The notes under the pieces are model-generated. The model saw only the letters and a list, made by a program, of their open reading frames with translations. It was not told the origin of the DNA and ran no database searches. From assembly GCA_028534125.1 (NCBI GenBank), contig CM052820.1:6138001-6202000 (forward strand): a stretch of 64,000 nucleotides of DNA, written 5' to 3'. Numbering within the stretch: position 1 is the stretch's first letter; each line of letters opens with the position of its first letter. Below, in pieces: positions 48,912 to 62,047 of this stretch. The position numbers and the translations under genes were made by a program. The stretch is from Lama glama (taxonomy: Eukaryota).

Positions 48912-51900
48912 AAATGCCACTTGGACATCAAGGGAAGATGAAAACAAAGAAAAAGTCCTCACATTTAGCATTTGCTTACTGGTGATCTTTAGGAAGGCTC
49001 TTTCAGGGAGGAGAGCATGGGGCAGGGCAGGCGGGCAGAGTCAAACTGCAAAGATTTCAGGCATGTACTGTGACTGGATTACAGGGATGATGCCAATAGT
49101 ACTTCCCTCACCCTCAGAGCTCTGCCTTCCGTCAGCATGGCGCACACACCCCACGTGCCATTCCAACAGCAACATCTTCTGCGTGTGTCACGATGGGGAA
49201 AAGCTTGGGTTAAGGACAGGTGACTGGCCTGCAGCGGAGGCAATGCAGTGAGTGTGGATGACAGCTTCCAGAAGGAGGGCAGAGGAGGGATGCTGCTGAG
49301 CACGCAGGACAGAGGACTGCGCCAAGTCTGCAGGGGAAGGGGAAGAAGCCAGCACAAAAGGAAGACTGAAGGGGCAAGAGAGCTAAGGGAGTGGGCCAAG
49401 AGGAGGTGACTCATCCAGGAGAGAGAAGGGGCCCTGGAGGGAAGGTGAGGGGGAGGTGATCTGGAGGGGAAGAGGGAAGCCGAGAGCGCTCGTATCAGAC
49501 AGCCCCAATCTCTGGACACACATAAGGCACAGAATGAGGGGGGCTGCATGGGGTTCAAGGGCATGAAGAAAGTGGAGAAGCTCAGAGATAAATGCTGTGG
49601 GAAATGTGATTCACGAGCAGGGAAAAGCCAGACGTGCTGCATGGCAGAGGGGGCTTGGGAGAAGGAAGGGAGCTCCAACCAGCAGTGAAACTTTCAGCCT
49701 GGGCTTGCAAACATCCTCTGCCCTCTTCCTTTTCATCAGCTAAACCATTCTGTTCACAACCTCAGAGACAACGCTTCCCGAAAGAGACCGTCTGCAAGGT
49801 CCACAGGTGTTCTCGGTAGGGAAAGAGGGCCTGGCCCAGAGCTGCCCACACCGCAAAGCCTCTGTGGGACACAGCTTCCACCCTGGATGGCTAGAGACCT
49901 CTCTGATAACCTTCTCCTCACTCTGAAGGAAGAACCAATCTTTTTTTTTCCCCCTGGAAGAAGCAATACTCTTAAAATGGCAGCCATGAAGCACAGGAAG
50001 GGAACGGTAGCAACCACTCACATTTTTCTTTGGTTCAGTGCAAAGAGCCTTATTCTGAAGAACCTTGGATCTGTAACATCAGACTTTAATTTTCTTTTCT
50101 AAAAAACCCTCAAACTATATTTTCTGGATTATTCCAAAAATGACTCCTTGCCAAAATACAAGTGATTCACATATTGTGCTCATGACTCTTCTGCTGTGGC
50201 GAGCGGGTCCTGAGTTTGGCTCTCGGGAGGTGTCTGTGTGCGCGCTAAACACGGGAGAAAGTGCAGAGCCAGTTCCAGGGATTGTTCAGCGGCCCCGCGG
50301 GGAAGCGGCGCGAGCAGGTCTCCAGAAGGGCCCCTTTCAAGGTCAGCCAGTGCTTGTCCTTCCATCACATCCACATTTCCTGAAAACTCCCCACTAATGG
50401 AGTTGCTCCAACCTCCTCTAGGATGACAGGGCCACGACCTATTCATTCTTGTGGTCACAAAGTTTTCCCCTGGAGATTTAGCTTGTTTCCTTTTCTCCAC
50501 TTCATTCCAAACCCAGTCAGTCAATCCTCCTCCTGTGTGTCCACATTTTGTCTGACCGTCTGTCTTGAGCATGCTTGGGGAAATTTTCCATTCCATTTGA
50601 TTCCACTCCTCTCTTTCACACACTCCCCCAGGCATCCAGGTCACAGGGTATCTGGCCTCTTGGGGTCTGTGTCCTCTTTTCCTAGAAGACACAGGAAACC
50701 CCTGTACACTTACACAGGGTAACCACCGCACACAGGGCAGGGAGACTCGGCCCACTCTAACCGGCCATCTATAGTCATGAAAACTGGTGGCTCAAGAAGT
50801 GCTTTAAAAATCTAATGAAAGTGTCAGGTCCTCTCTCCTGAAGTATTTATGCACACAGTTTTCAGTAAGTTCCACAGGGTTCCTAGATATCCTGCCATCC
50901 CAAGCTGAAGTATCCTGGCTCTCAACAGAGCTTTGTTGCACGCTCTGGACCCTCTTTTATGCTGCTGAGCCCTGACTAGGGGCCACTTGTAATCCTGAGG
51001 GGTTCTTAAAATTTATTAACTGTAACTTGGCCAAAAAAGAAGTCTCCCACTCCTCATCAAAACTCGCTAACCACACACATTGGCTGCACTGTCTCAGTTT
51101 TTTTCTTAACTGGCACCTCGGCCCCTTTAGCTTGTTTCCTTACCAGTCAGTGACAGATAGACACCCTTCTTAACAGCACACATGGACGCCACCAAATCCC
51201 AGGCAACAGCACTGATGAGGTGTTTCCTGTAGCTCTTTTACCTCACCTGAGCGCCCCCCACCCTGCCCACCTCCAATGCCTGCATTCCAGAAAACCTGTA
51301 CCTTCTTTTTGAACATGCATAGAGCTGAAGTAGAAGCTGTGAAGAGCCAACAAGAACTTCCTGGCCCAGTGACACTCAGGCAGCAGAACCTATTCTGCTT
51401 TAAAACCATCCAGTTTTAAAGCCAAACCATACCTGACACATGGACTAAAAAAATTCTTAGGCCAGGAAAATGGGCCTGAAACCACACTGCAGGGAGGCAG
51501 CAAGGATGCCCGGCGCTGCCTTGCACAGAGAAGGGCAACAGGAAAGCAGAGACCCAAACGGGGGCGGTTCCCAGGGTGGCCTGCCTTACAGTATGGGAGG
51601 AAGGCCTCTCTGGATGGAACACCTCATTAATTTCTAATTTGGAAGCTGGATTCACATCAACGCCCTGTCCGTAACCAATGCCAGTGGCAGAAGACAAAAG
51701 GACAAAGAGTTTTTCATGGAAAAAGTAAAAAAGCTATGAGGAGCTTCATAAACAGAACCCTTCAAAGAAGAATCATGTCCTTCCTCTTCCCTTCGTTTCA
51801 TCACAGGATTTGAGTCACCCCCTCTCTACAGGTGGCAAGTTTCTGCATACCCCCAGGACGCTACTGCTTAGAATGTCAGGCTAAATGTCGTGCCAACACT

Positions 51901-53010
51901 GACTGAAGGCCTCTGGCTGGGAAAAAACCTGGTGAGGAAGGAGCAAACACTGCCTACCTCAAGACCTACCTTCTGGGACCAGGTAGGACAGGAAGTGGCG
52001 CAACACCTCAGGGCACCTGGCCCTACTTGGTGGCAGAGCTCTCACACTTACCACCTTTTAAACTCTCTCCAACACTTCTGGGAGGAGGGCATCACTCAGC
52101 CCATTTTATGTCGAGAAAACAGGCTGGGGATTTGTGAAAAGTCATGTAAGCTCCTATGTGGCAGCCAGAATCAGATGTGCCTAAAGACTTAAGATTCAAA
52201 ATCTAGTGTTACTTCTATTATATTTCAGCTGAAGTTTATGAAACAGATAGAGATGGCAAAGTAAACAAAATGTGCCTCAAATACATATTAACTTTTTATA
52301 TTTTATAGATACAAGGTTGTGAGAAAACCATATCCTTTGGAAATGGTTCATTTCCGTTCAAATGTATTTAAAAATTTATCTTCTAAAAAAAGTCAGTGAG
52401 TGCCTCATTAAGAAACTGCTGATTCAAAACTGCTAATGAGATTAACTTATAATTTTTAATAAGTAATTAGATGCAGAATCACTTTTGTAGCAGCTCTGGG
52501 CTTCCGCATGTAAAATATTTGGTTCAAAAAAATGTATCAGGAAGAAACATTTTCCTGATTGGAACAAAACGAGGTTGGTTGTTGGGATGGTCAGGGGTAG
52601 AGGTGGGCGGATTTCTGCTGCAGTCAATCTCCCTGGGGTGGGGAGGGCACAGCCAAGAAAGAAGCCAAAGGTGCCAAGAAGAACGTGCCTGAAAAGGAAC
52701 TGGGCAGAAAGAGGCGGGGCTCGACAACTAGGAGAGGCGGATGGCGACATATCTGTGATGGTAAGGCGCTGGGGACTGCAGGGGGCACAGGCAGTGGGGT
52801 GTTGGCTGGTGAAGAGCGAGCAGGGGCCTCCTCTGCTGGGCCTGCTCCTCGCACTAGGCCTATGGTGACAGAGTAAGGCACAGGTCACTTCTTAAAGAAG
52901 AGAGAAGACCACGGAAGGATCAAAGAGTAAACAGCAAGACGGAAGCACTGTCAGCAGCACACGTCATTTAGCCCTGGCTGTGCCCTCTCCTCCTGTGGCC
53001 AGACTGGGCC

Positions 53011-53137
53011 TGTTACCTGAAAACCAGGTTCACCTCTTGGTGGGTGTCACGCCAAAAGACACAACCAAGCCAAAGAGCGGGAGAAGGAAGGATTTGCAAC
53101 TTGCAGCAAGTGAGGACAATGGGGATCCATCCCAAAG
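53011..53137 (-). mobile_element. 3' end of an ERV1-type LTR, same family as the LTR ending at 55152, in inverted orientation
   Basis: Reverse complement aligns by eye to ~55027-55152 (ctttggga.gatcccc...cttccttctc.c.ctctttggcttgg.tgt.tcttttggc...ccaccaagagg.gaacc...taaca). Confidence 0.8.
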
Positions 53138-53139
53138 AA

Positions 53140-53315
53140 ATACTGCTGGCCTTTAATCTGTGTTTTCCAGATATAAGGAAACCTTTCCCCTTAAACTAAT
53201 TATAATTTACAACAACTTGGTAAATGATAACTTTGTGGTTAGGACTGAGACATTTATCTTTTCTCTCTACCTGACTCCTCTAAAAATTGAAACTCTCAGG
53301 TTCCCAGCAGCCTTA
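53140..53315 (+). mobile_element. ERV1-type internal non-coding fragment
   Basis: tggcctttaatctg...ttataatttacaacaacttggtaaa...acatttatcttttctctctacctgactcctc resembles MER4-group internal sequence. Confidence 0.5.
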
Positions 53316-54173
53316 TCAAGTACTCTTAGCCAGCTCATGCGTAACAACCCTAAAGGAAATTCTCTAGCGAAACTGCCACAGAGTGTAACTACTCATGACA
53401 TTTATCACTGCTCGCTTTAAGTCTAGTGCTAAAAGCACAGGTACAATGTTTGTGTGACAATTCAGGATGACTGATAAAATGTATAGCCTATAAAATGCTT
53501 CACCATTAAAATACCGCTGAGCTTGTTCACTATATTTGATTAGTTTGCCCCCAACATGGATAACTAAGCAACTATATATAAACAAAATGGAAGTCTAGCA
53601 CCGAGGGACATGATGGATGCCAGGCAGCAATCATCCTGGCATTGAGAGAGAAATATTTCATCTATCAAAAGATTTGCAATCAAAAGGGGAAATGATAAAA
53701 TAAATTTTTACATATTCAGTGAGGTATGGGGAAGTTATTCCAGCTAAAACATGATTTAACTTGAACTTTATGGTGAAGAGAGTGGTCTCTTTAGTGCCCT
53801 ATTAAACACGCTTTCTGCATGTGCTTTTATCATTAAGGAAAAGAATGCATTTCGAAATAAAAAAGAGAGGATGTCGTCACTCACACGGATGAAATTTACC
53901 CAGCAAGCCTTAGAACGATACTAATCAGGCTGTCAGTCTGCTGAACTCAGAAGTTTCTATGATGAAAAAAGTGGTCCTACAGAACTGCATAGCCCTTGAT
54001 ATTTGAACAGCTGCTCAAGGAGGGTCTTATGCCATAAGACACACTGAATGCTGTTCTTTGTATCTGATAAGACTTCTAATGTGACTCATTTCATGATGTG
54101 TATGAAAAAAGTCAGATCTCTTCTCTGAATGATCCCCTTCCCAGTTTAGGGAAAATACTAGGAAAATGGTTTG

Positions 54174-54213
54174 GTTCAAGGGGCTCTTGGCTTCAAGGGG
54201 CTCTTGGCTCAAG
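54174..54213 (+). repeat. Short tandem duplication (tcaaggggctcttggct) x2 plus a partial copy
   Basis: ggttcaaggggctcttggcttcaaggggctcttggctcaag. Confidence 0.8.
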
Positions 54214-54276
54214 TCTCTGCTAATGACATTGCAAAGTCACTGTTAACTGTCACTCCTCCTGAGCCTCTCCTACACC

Positions 54277-55152
54277 TGTTAGAATAATGCTGTTCAAGCA
54301 AGGTTCAGACACCACTTTGGAAGACCCCAAAACTTATCTAACTCCAGCAGCAAAAGAGTTTCACTCCTCTACCTAGGGAGACTACAACACCCATTCTCGG
54401 CAGGAAGTAGTAACAGAAGAGTGACCTTCAGCCCTGTACCCCTCAAGAACGAAGAGTGAAATACTTCAAGGGGTGATTTTGTAAGCAGACAGGGTAGGGA
54501 TTCCCAGAGGAAAAGAACCACATATAACTTTCTTAACATAAGAGAAACCATTTTAGGCCTAAGCCATCTTGTGATCTAAACCTGGCCACAAGGGTTGTCC
54601 TTGCAGAAAAACAGGTCTCAGCAGTTAATGATTTTTTTTTTTAGCAGTTAATTGTTTTAAAGGAACAAAAGAAGGTAAAAATGAATAGCTATTACTAGGC
54701 AAGGGAGATAACCGTATCGGAGACAATATACCAGTTGTAAAGACTCTCAATTCTGTTTCAAAGGGAAATATTAGCTTGAAGTATATTCTTGAGCTGTTCT
54801 GTAGAATTCAAACCCCCTGAGCATTCATCTACCAGACTGACTGAAACCCAAGGAAAGATGATGCTGAACTTTTCTGACCCTTGTGACTTCACTCAACTAG
54901 AGCCTGGACTCTGTCAATCTCTGCCCCAATTCTAAGCTGAATTCTCCTTTGCTGAAGCCCTTTCGTGAGTATGTATGCATCTTTAGCTTAAAACTTCCCC
55001 AGTTTTGCTGCTTAGGGAGATCCTGCTTTGGGAAAGATCCCCGGGGTTCTTACTTGCTACAAGTAACAAATTCTTCCTTCTCTCACTCTTTGGCTTGGCT
55101 GTATCTTTTGGCTAGACATCCACCAAGAGGCGAACCCACTTTTCGGTTAACA
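54277..55152 (+). mobile_element. ERV1-type solo LTR (5' boundary uncertain: 54241 or 54277)
   Basis: Terminal ...ttttcggttaaca; typical U3/R/U5 texture; no clear TSD seen. Confidence 0.65.
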
Positions 55153-55372
55153 GGCCTACTAGAGACCAATGCCAAGGGTGCTGAGGAGGGAGCATGGGCA
55201 GCAAAGGGCTGTGTGTTGGACAGCTGTTTTAGTTTATAAGGCAGTTTATTTATGTGTTAGAATTTTCTGGAAGATTTATTTGTATAGAGTCAACTGTGCT
55301 CTCTTCTACTGTTTCAGGTCACCTGTCATCAGCCTAGTCTGCTGACCACACCATAATTGGGCCCCTACCCAC

Positions 55373-55928
55373 TGTCAAGGAGGAAGACGTTTTCCCCTAC
55401 CCGTCTAGGTTCTGCTGGCTGGTCTAAGAATTAAACTGACATGAGGCAGATTAACAGGAGAAAATCAAACAAAAGTTCAATGACATGCACATACATCGTA
55501 GAGACCCACGAAAGCTGAGGTAACTCACTGAAATGGCTGAAGCTTCACCTTAAATGCCATCAGCTAAAGACAAAAGAGAATGTTGGGAGTACTGGCTTAG
55601 CACTTAGAAGGGGAGGAAGGCAATTCACATGAAGATGGAAAAGCAAATGGTAAACAAATGTTTGTTGGGCCAGGCAGAGACAATGGGACACGGTAGAATT
55701 TCAACAAACAGATTTTGCTAGGTTCCTCCCTGTCCATACCTAATTCATACTATACTTATCTATGGTGATGGCTCCCTCCCTCTGGAAACAGGTCCTCTGT
55801 CTACATTCTTTAGGCAGTTAGGGGAAGGTCAAAGTTTTTTCCTGTCTTTTGGGTCTTGATTGCTTTTAGCTCAAAATAATCCACTTGCCAAATAGACAAT
55901 TTGGGGGAGCAAATTTTCCTCCCCTATA
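55373..55928 (-). mobile_element. ERV1-type solo LTR of a second family
   Basis: Minus strand starts tataggggaggaaaatttgctcccccaaattgtctatttggca...gattattttgagctaaa and ends ...ccttgaca. Confidence 0.7.
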
Positions 55929-57309
55929 TGACCTTGACCTGGAGATAGCTGTCTAAACTTCTAAGCCTAAGAGGAAGGAAACAAGGAAACTTCCTCAAGT
56001 GTCTGCCTTGCAAACCTAGGAAATGGCAGAAGAGCTTAAGGCCTGGATGTGGTCAGGAGATAAGAATTCCATTCCTGTGACAGGGGATGAGGGCCCATAC
56101 CTGAGTAGTCTTTGAAAAATGTTCCTTTTATTGCAGATAGTTGCATGGTGGGGAGAGGGGCAGAAGGAATCTTTAAAGGCGGCGGACTGGCTGGGAGGTC
56201 TAAGGGTTGTGGGAAGGAAGTTGGAAGTGGGGGAGAGGGAGGAAAGTGTACGAGAGCAATGGAGGAAGCCTTCTAAGAGCTGGATCAGACATACCCGGGA
56301 AACACAAAACCAGATTGCTAAAGCCAGTGACGTTAATGCAGCCCAAGCCTTTCAACAAGACCAACCTAAGCCATCTCTCTAAAAAAGGTCCATCCTTCTT
56401 TTAAAGACACCCAGCATAGCAACATGTTATATTATTTACTAACCTCAGGGCCCAAGTCCTTACATTTAAATCAAATCCACAATTAATAACCTCAAAATGC
56501 AGTTGAAACAGATTAAAAATAATTTTTAGCTCTTTTCATGACAGTCTTACATATGATAAATGTATTGTTTTGTTTTTTACTTCTTGAAAAGATTTTATTT
56601 TGAATTCTTATTTTAATCCCAAGGATTCATACCAAAATCTGTGCTCAGGATTAAGTCTGCTGCTAGCTTGAAGTGACCTTAGGTAAGCCTCTCACTGCCT
56701 GGCACCTTCACCAGTAAACTAGGACACAAAGGACTCAGCAGTTCTTCCACAGGCTCCTCTGGTCCCAGGCTGTCTCTACAGGCCTGAAATAAAACAATTC
56801 TGCCCGTTCTGCTAAGGACTAAGGATGACTATTCCGGGAGCTTTTCTATTATTTTCAGAATGAGCCTTTGAAGCTATTGTTTCTCACTGGGAGCTGCCTG
56901 GGCAAGAAACACAACATCCGGCACCATGTTTCTTTACCATTAACTGCAGCCCGGGGTCACATGATCCTATGTGTGAGCCTGGCTCTGTGGTCTTGCTGCA
57001 GACACCATGATGACCCAGGAAGAGCACAACGTTTTATTTTTCGGGTTCATAGCATTTCCATGGGTGGCAGTTGGTGTGGTAGCGGCAGGGCGAGCATGGA
57101 AGAGGCGCGGGGGTGACACTCTGCGGAGGGCCCATCACGCAGAAGTACACTTTTCCTGGCGGGAGCTGTGTGGACCCCTCCGCAACTCCCAGGATACAGG
57201 TCAGGAGTGCTGAGAAGGCTGCTGTGATGAAAATGCTTTACCGAAGGGAACACCGCTCTTAATAAAGCAGGCTGAAAACACAGAACTGTGGAAATGGATA
57301 TGCAATTCA

Positions 57310-58180
57310 CTTTATGAAATCATTTTTGAGCTTTTTTGGGGTACAGGACACTGTGCTATTGGGGGAGGAGAAGATAAAAAGAATTAAGAATGGGTTCTGT
57401 TTACAAGGATGTTACAATCCAGTAGGACGATAGATCTGTACACAAATGGCACTGAAGTGCAAACGACAGGTACTGTGGGGCAGGGAGATGGGAGGACTGT
57501 TTCTGACACGGAGGATGGAGGTCTTCCCATCTGAGCACCTTCTCAGACAGGCCACCCTGCCCCCTTCCCAGATTTCAGCAGGGACCCCACGCTTCACTCC
57601 CTCCAGGCCGGGAGAATTGGCGGTCCTCATCTTCCTAGTAAGCTAATCCCTAACCTGGGGTTCGGGTCCTGAGCTTCCCACTTCCTTCATAACCTGGTTC
57701 GAAAACCTGTTCCTTCCTTTCTCATCTTCGATATCTTTTCTATTCACTTTCCCACACAGCCTACAAATATACAGGTAAGAGGCCACTGTCATCCAGACAA
57801 GGGTGGCAGATCTGGGTGGCAGATCCAGGTGACAGAGCTGGCAGTGATAAGGAAGGGGGAAGATTCTGGGGGTAGTTAGAAGGCAAGGCTGAGGTGTCTT
57901 ACTGGCAGACTGGATGTGAGGGGTGAGAGAAAGACCAGAGTCAATAATGGCCCCAGTGGAAATGAATATGAAAACAAATACACGTATGCTTACGTGTGAC
58001 TTAAGTATTGTGCTGCACATCAGAAACTGACACAACATTGTAAACTGATCATACTTCAATAAAAATATATTTAAAAAATGAAAGTAAATTTAAAATAAAT
58101 GAATAAATTGGAATTTAAAAAAATGGCCCCAGGGTTTTTGGGCTGCACACAAGGCTGAAATGAGGTTGCCACTGATGGAG
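57310..58180 (-). mobile_element. L2 fragments, interrupted by a young L1 3' end
   Basis: catttttgagc...caggacactgtgctattggggg; ggcagactggatgtgaggggtgagagaaag...gtcaataatggccccag. Confidence 0.55.
57957..58121 (+). mobile_element. Short young L1 3' end with 11-bp TSD
   Basis: cagaaactgacacaacattgtaaactgatcatacttcaataaaa plus A-rich tail; TSD aatggccccag at 57946-57956 and 58122-58132. Confidence 0.85.
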
Positions 58181-60029
58181 GCTAAAACAGACAACTTCCG
58201 GAGTTCACACTTGCCTCTATCTGAGCCAGACAGCACATGGCAGGTATGTTGTGGGAGACACAAGCTGTGGACTGCTACTGTAAGTGTGAGGCTTTTCCTT
58301 TATTATTCTGACCTTTGACACTAAGATTTTATGGTTCTAAGGTCTAAGGACTTAGTTATCAAGTCAGATTCATTATTTGTGACCTTCTTTTAAAGTGTAA
58401 GATTGGTTTTTTTTCTTTTCCTTTTTTAACAAAGGTGACTTCAAATTAAGAAGCCTCTGAAGAGTAAGGCACATAGATGTGGTCTCTGTTTCATAGGACC
58501 TTAGGGCCAAATGAGACAGATGTGCTGGAGGTGTTCAGGAATGAGGTCACTGGACTGACATGGTCAAACTGGATTTCATGGTACCAAAGTTGGATGTTAC
58601 AAGGCACAGGATTTAGTTGGATTTCTTTTCCCTTGTGACAGTATATAATCACAATTATCTAGATCAGACAACAATGCTCTCCACTACTAGTATGTGAGAA
58701 ATACTCCAAAAATAGATCTTTCAGAGTTTACTATTCTAAAAACCTGGGCACTGGCTTAATGAAAGTATATATGACCAAAGTTTCCTAGTGGATACAAAAA
58801 AAAAAAAAGAATCTACTGAGTGTTTAAAAAAAGTTGTAATAGGCTTTCTATAGCTGACTATGCCTGCTCCATAAAGTAAGACATTTCAGTAGACTAAGGA
58901 AAAAGACAAAACTTTCTCCACTTCAACTCCAGGGAGACTGGCAGCCACGCTGCAGTAGCAGTGGCACAAAGCTGGTGGCCCTGCTCTGGCTCCTTCTAAG
59001 TTCAAGCCCTTGTACCACAAGAAGCCACCACTACATACAAATCCAGCCTCAGGCTTTGGCCACCCTCCCTCCTCCTCGTTCACTGGGTTCCTGATGCAGG
59101 GCTGCCTCCCTCCTTAGTGGCCTTCTCCGGCCCCCTGACTCTCCCCTTTGCCCTCCTCCTCTCCAACTGAGGCTTTCCTTGCCAGTGTCTTGAACAAGCA
59201 CTACCTCTTGGACTTGAGTGTGGAATCTGAACTCTCATTTCTTGCATCTTGACTGTAAGAGATACTTATCTGTTACTACATCCCAGGATTAACCAACCAA
59301 GTCCACCCCCCATGTGGTCTCTTGGTCTGGGTAGGATGTTTGGATGACCACAGTACAAGGAGTGTGGTTGGAAGGTCTTGCTCCACGACTGTCCCAAGTC
59401 CAAATCCTCACACTTCCTATTTGGCTTGGTTTGATAGAGGCCCAGCATCCCTTCCTGGACCCTGTGCCTTCTTCACACCTGCTCTCCAGCCCCCTTGTGC
59501 CAGAAGGCTTGGTCACTAGACACTGCCTCCAACAGAAACCCTAAAGACCAACTGAGTTTTCAGAGTTTGCCTCTTTCTTTTATGACCTTCATATTTTAGA
59601 AGCTCATTAGACCAGGCAGCTTTTTATTTCTTGGGTCTGACCCTGGCAGGCTTAATTCAGATTCAAAGTTCTTTTCTGTTGACTCAAGTTAGTTTTCTTC
59701 TATGGACTTTTATTTTCTATTTAGTTAAACTCTTACAAAAATAAGCATTTATAAAATTATGAAAGTAATACATGTTTTCAAAAAACATCAGAAAATACAA
59801 AAAAGTAGAAAAAATGACTCATAGTCTTACTACCCAAATACAACCACTACTGGCATTCTATTTCATTTCCTTCTGGTCTTTTTCCATTCATTTTTCCCCA
59901 TGCATGTTCCCACCCCCACCAAAACATGGTTGCTGGCATACTGTCTTCACAATTCCTTCCTTGTATTTCAGATAATGTTTGCTTCTTAAAGAGGAACTTA
60001 TTACCAGATATTCAGAAGTCGCAAAAACC

Positions 60030-60380
60030 AAATATAATGAATGTAACCTGTTTTGATTCCAGTTCAGACAAATCAGTTGGAGACAATCTGGGAAATGTAA
60101 TTATGGACTGGGGTTTAGATGACACCAAGGCATTACTACTAATTTTTAGCTGTGCTAATGGCATTGCAGTTATGTAAGAAAATGTCCAAAATTTTTAGAG
60201 CCGCATAGCAAAATATGTATGAGTGAAATGATAAGATGTCTGTGGTTTGCCTTAACTTTAACAAATTAAAAAAATGTTGACAGTTAAATCTAGGAGATAG
60301 GGAGAGTAGATTTTTGTGCTATTTTCTTTAATTTCATGTATATTTGAAATTTTTCATAATGAAGATTAAAAAATTAAAGT
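60030..60380 (+). mobile_element. L1MC/ME-type 3' UTR fragment within older minus-strand L1 debris (~59700-60850)
   Basis: gagacaatctgggaaatg...atggactgggg...tgtgctaatggcattgcagttatgt...tgtatatttgaaatttttcataat. Confidence 0.6.
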
Positions 60381-61664
60381 ATCCATAGTTCAAACAGCTG
60401 TAAAGTCTAATTATGAGACAGCAGCCCTCCGTCCCTCTCCCTCCTCTGCCCTTCCCCAAGGGTGACCACTTTCACCTCTTAGCAGATCGTTTTGGTATTT
60501 ACTTTTATATTTCTATATAATCTGCTTGATGGCAACATCTTGATTTTTCAGTTTTAGCCATCATTCCCAAATTTTTTACTCTAGAAGAAAAGAATTTACT
60601 TTTCTTTCTACATATACTCCCTTCCCCAACCAAACCCACATAACTGTTTCAGGCCCTCATCCTCCCAATGAAGTTACATCATAACTATCAGAATTAACTA
60701 TTATGATTATGTAAATACTAAATGTTACTTTTCTTTCCTATGCAACTTTTTATTTTCACTAAAATTAGTAACTGCCTTATTTTAATTTGTTTGCTTCTTT
60801 GGTATACTCTGTATATTAATCCACTCCAAGCTTTCCACCAAATGCCTAAAATAGTGGTTCTCGAAGTACGGTCTGTGGACTTGTGCAGGTCCCTGAGACC
60901 CTTTTAGGGATCAACGAGGTCAAACTATTTTCATAATGATACTAAGGCATTATTTGCCCTTTTCCACATGCTGACACTTATACTGAAGGTACAAAAGCAC
61001 TTGGGGGGAAAACTGACGTTGCCTTGGTATGGCTTGGGCAATGGCAACAAATGGTACCAGTGGTCAGAGTACTCTTCACCAGCTGACACTCGCAGGAGGA
61101 AAAAAAAGCTAGTTCACTTAAGAATGCTCTTGATGAAGCAGTAAAAGTTATTAATTTTATTATGGCTTACTCCTTGAATACTTGTCTTTTTCACTTACGC
61201 AGCATGCCCAAGTATGATAGCTGTCTTGAGGAAAAGCACTTACATAACTTTGCGTTGTGAGCTAAACTGATTGCCTTTTTTATGGAACACCATTTTTACT
61301 TGAAGGAACAAGCGACACACAAACTATGGTTATTTGGCATTTCAAGAAAAACAACTAACATTATTTATTGCCAATGATAAAATTTGAGCTTTCGCAAAAA
61401 TCAGAATTTTGGAAACGTTTTACCTAACACATGATACATGTTTCTTAATACTTAAAGACTTGTCTAGACTCCGTAGTGATATTAGTAAGTATGATTTTTT
61501 GATATCATATAATGAAATGTGTCCACATTTAGAAGATCAGCAATAATAAGCCAATATTTTCTAAATGACATATTTCTAAATACATGATAAAAGTCATGCA
61601 TGGGTAAAAGATTCATTCAAAGTATAAAACAGACCAACAGATTTCAATGAACCCTGTAAAAAAA

Positions 61665-61805
61665 NNNNNNNNNNNNNNNNNNNNNNNNNNNNNNNNNNNN
61701 NNNNNNNNNNNNNNNNNNNNNNNNNNNNNNNNNNNNNNNNNNNNNNNNNNNNNNNNNNNNNNNNNNNNNNNNNNNNNNNNNNNNNNNNNNNNNNNNNNNN
61801 NNNNN
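61665..61805. other. Assembly gap at a Charlie1/MaLR LTR junction
   Basis: N run between Charlie-like and MLT1-like sequence. Confidence 0.95.
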
Positions 61806-62047
61806 AGAGCCCTCTCCCCAGCTTGGAGATGGCTGTTTTCTCACTGTGTCCTCACAGGACAGGAAAAGAGAGCAAACTCCCTGATCTCTTCTTATATGGA
61901 CACTAATCCTATCAGATCAGGGCCCCACCATTGTGATCTCATCTAACTTTAATTATCTCCTTTCAGGACCTACCTACAAATATAGTCACTTTAGGGTTAG
62001 CGCTTCAACATATGAATTTGGGTAGGACAAAATTCAATCCGTAACAG
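61806..62047 (-). mobile_element. MLT1A-like MaLR LTR
   Basis: tctcttcttatatggacactaatcctatc...atagtcactttagggttagcgcttcaacatatgaatttggg...attcaatccgtaaca. Confidence 0.8.

Noticed and set aside
49079-50755. 199-aa and 191-aa minus-strand ORFs
   Set aside because: Low-complexity or unrecognisable translations from compositionally skewed intron; no domain similarity seen.
53011-55928. Intact provirus between the LTRs
   Set aside because: The LTRs are inverted or from different families, and no gag/pol/env frame lies between them.
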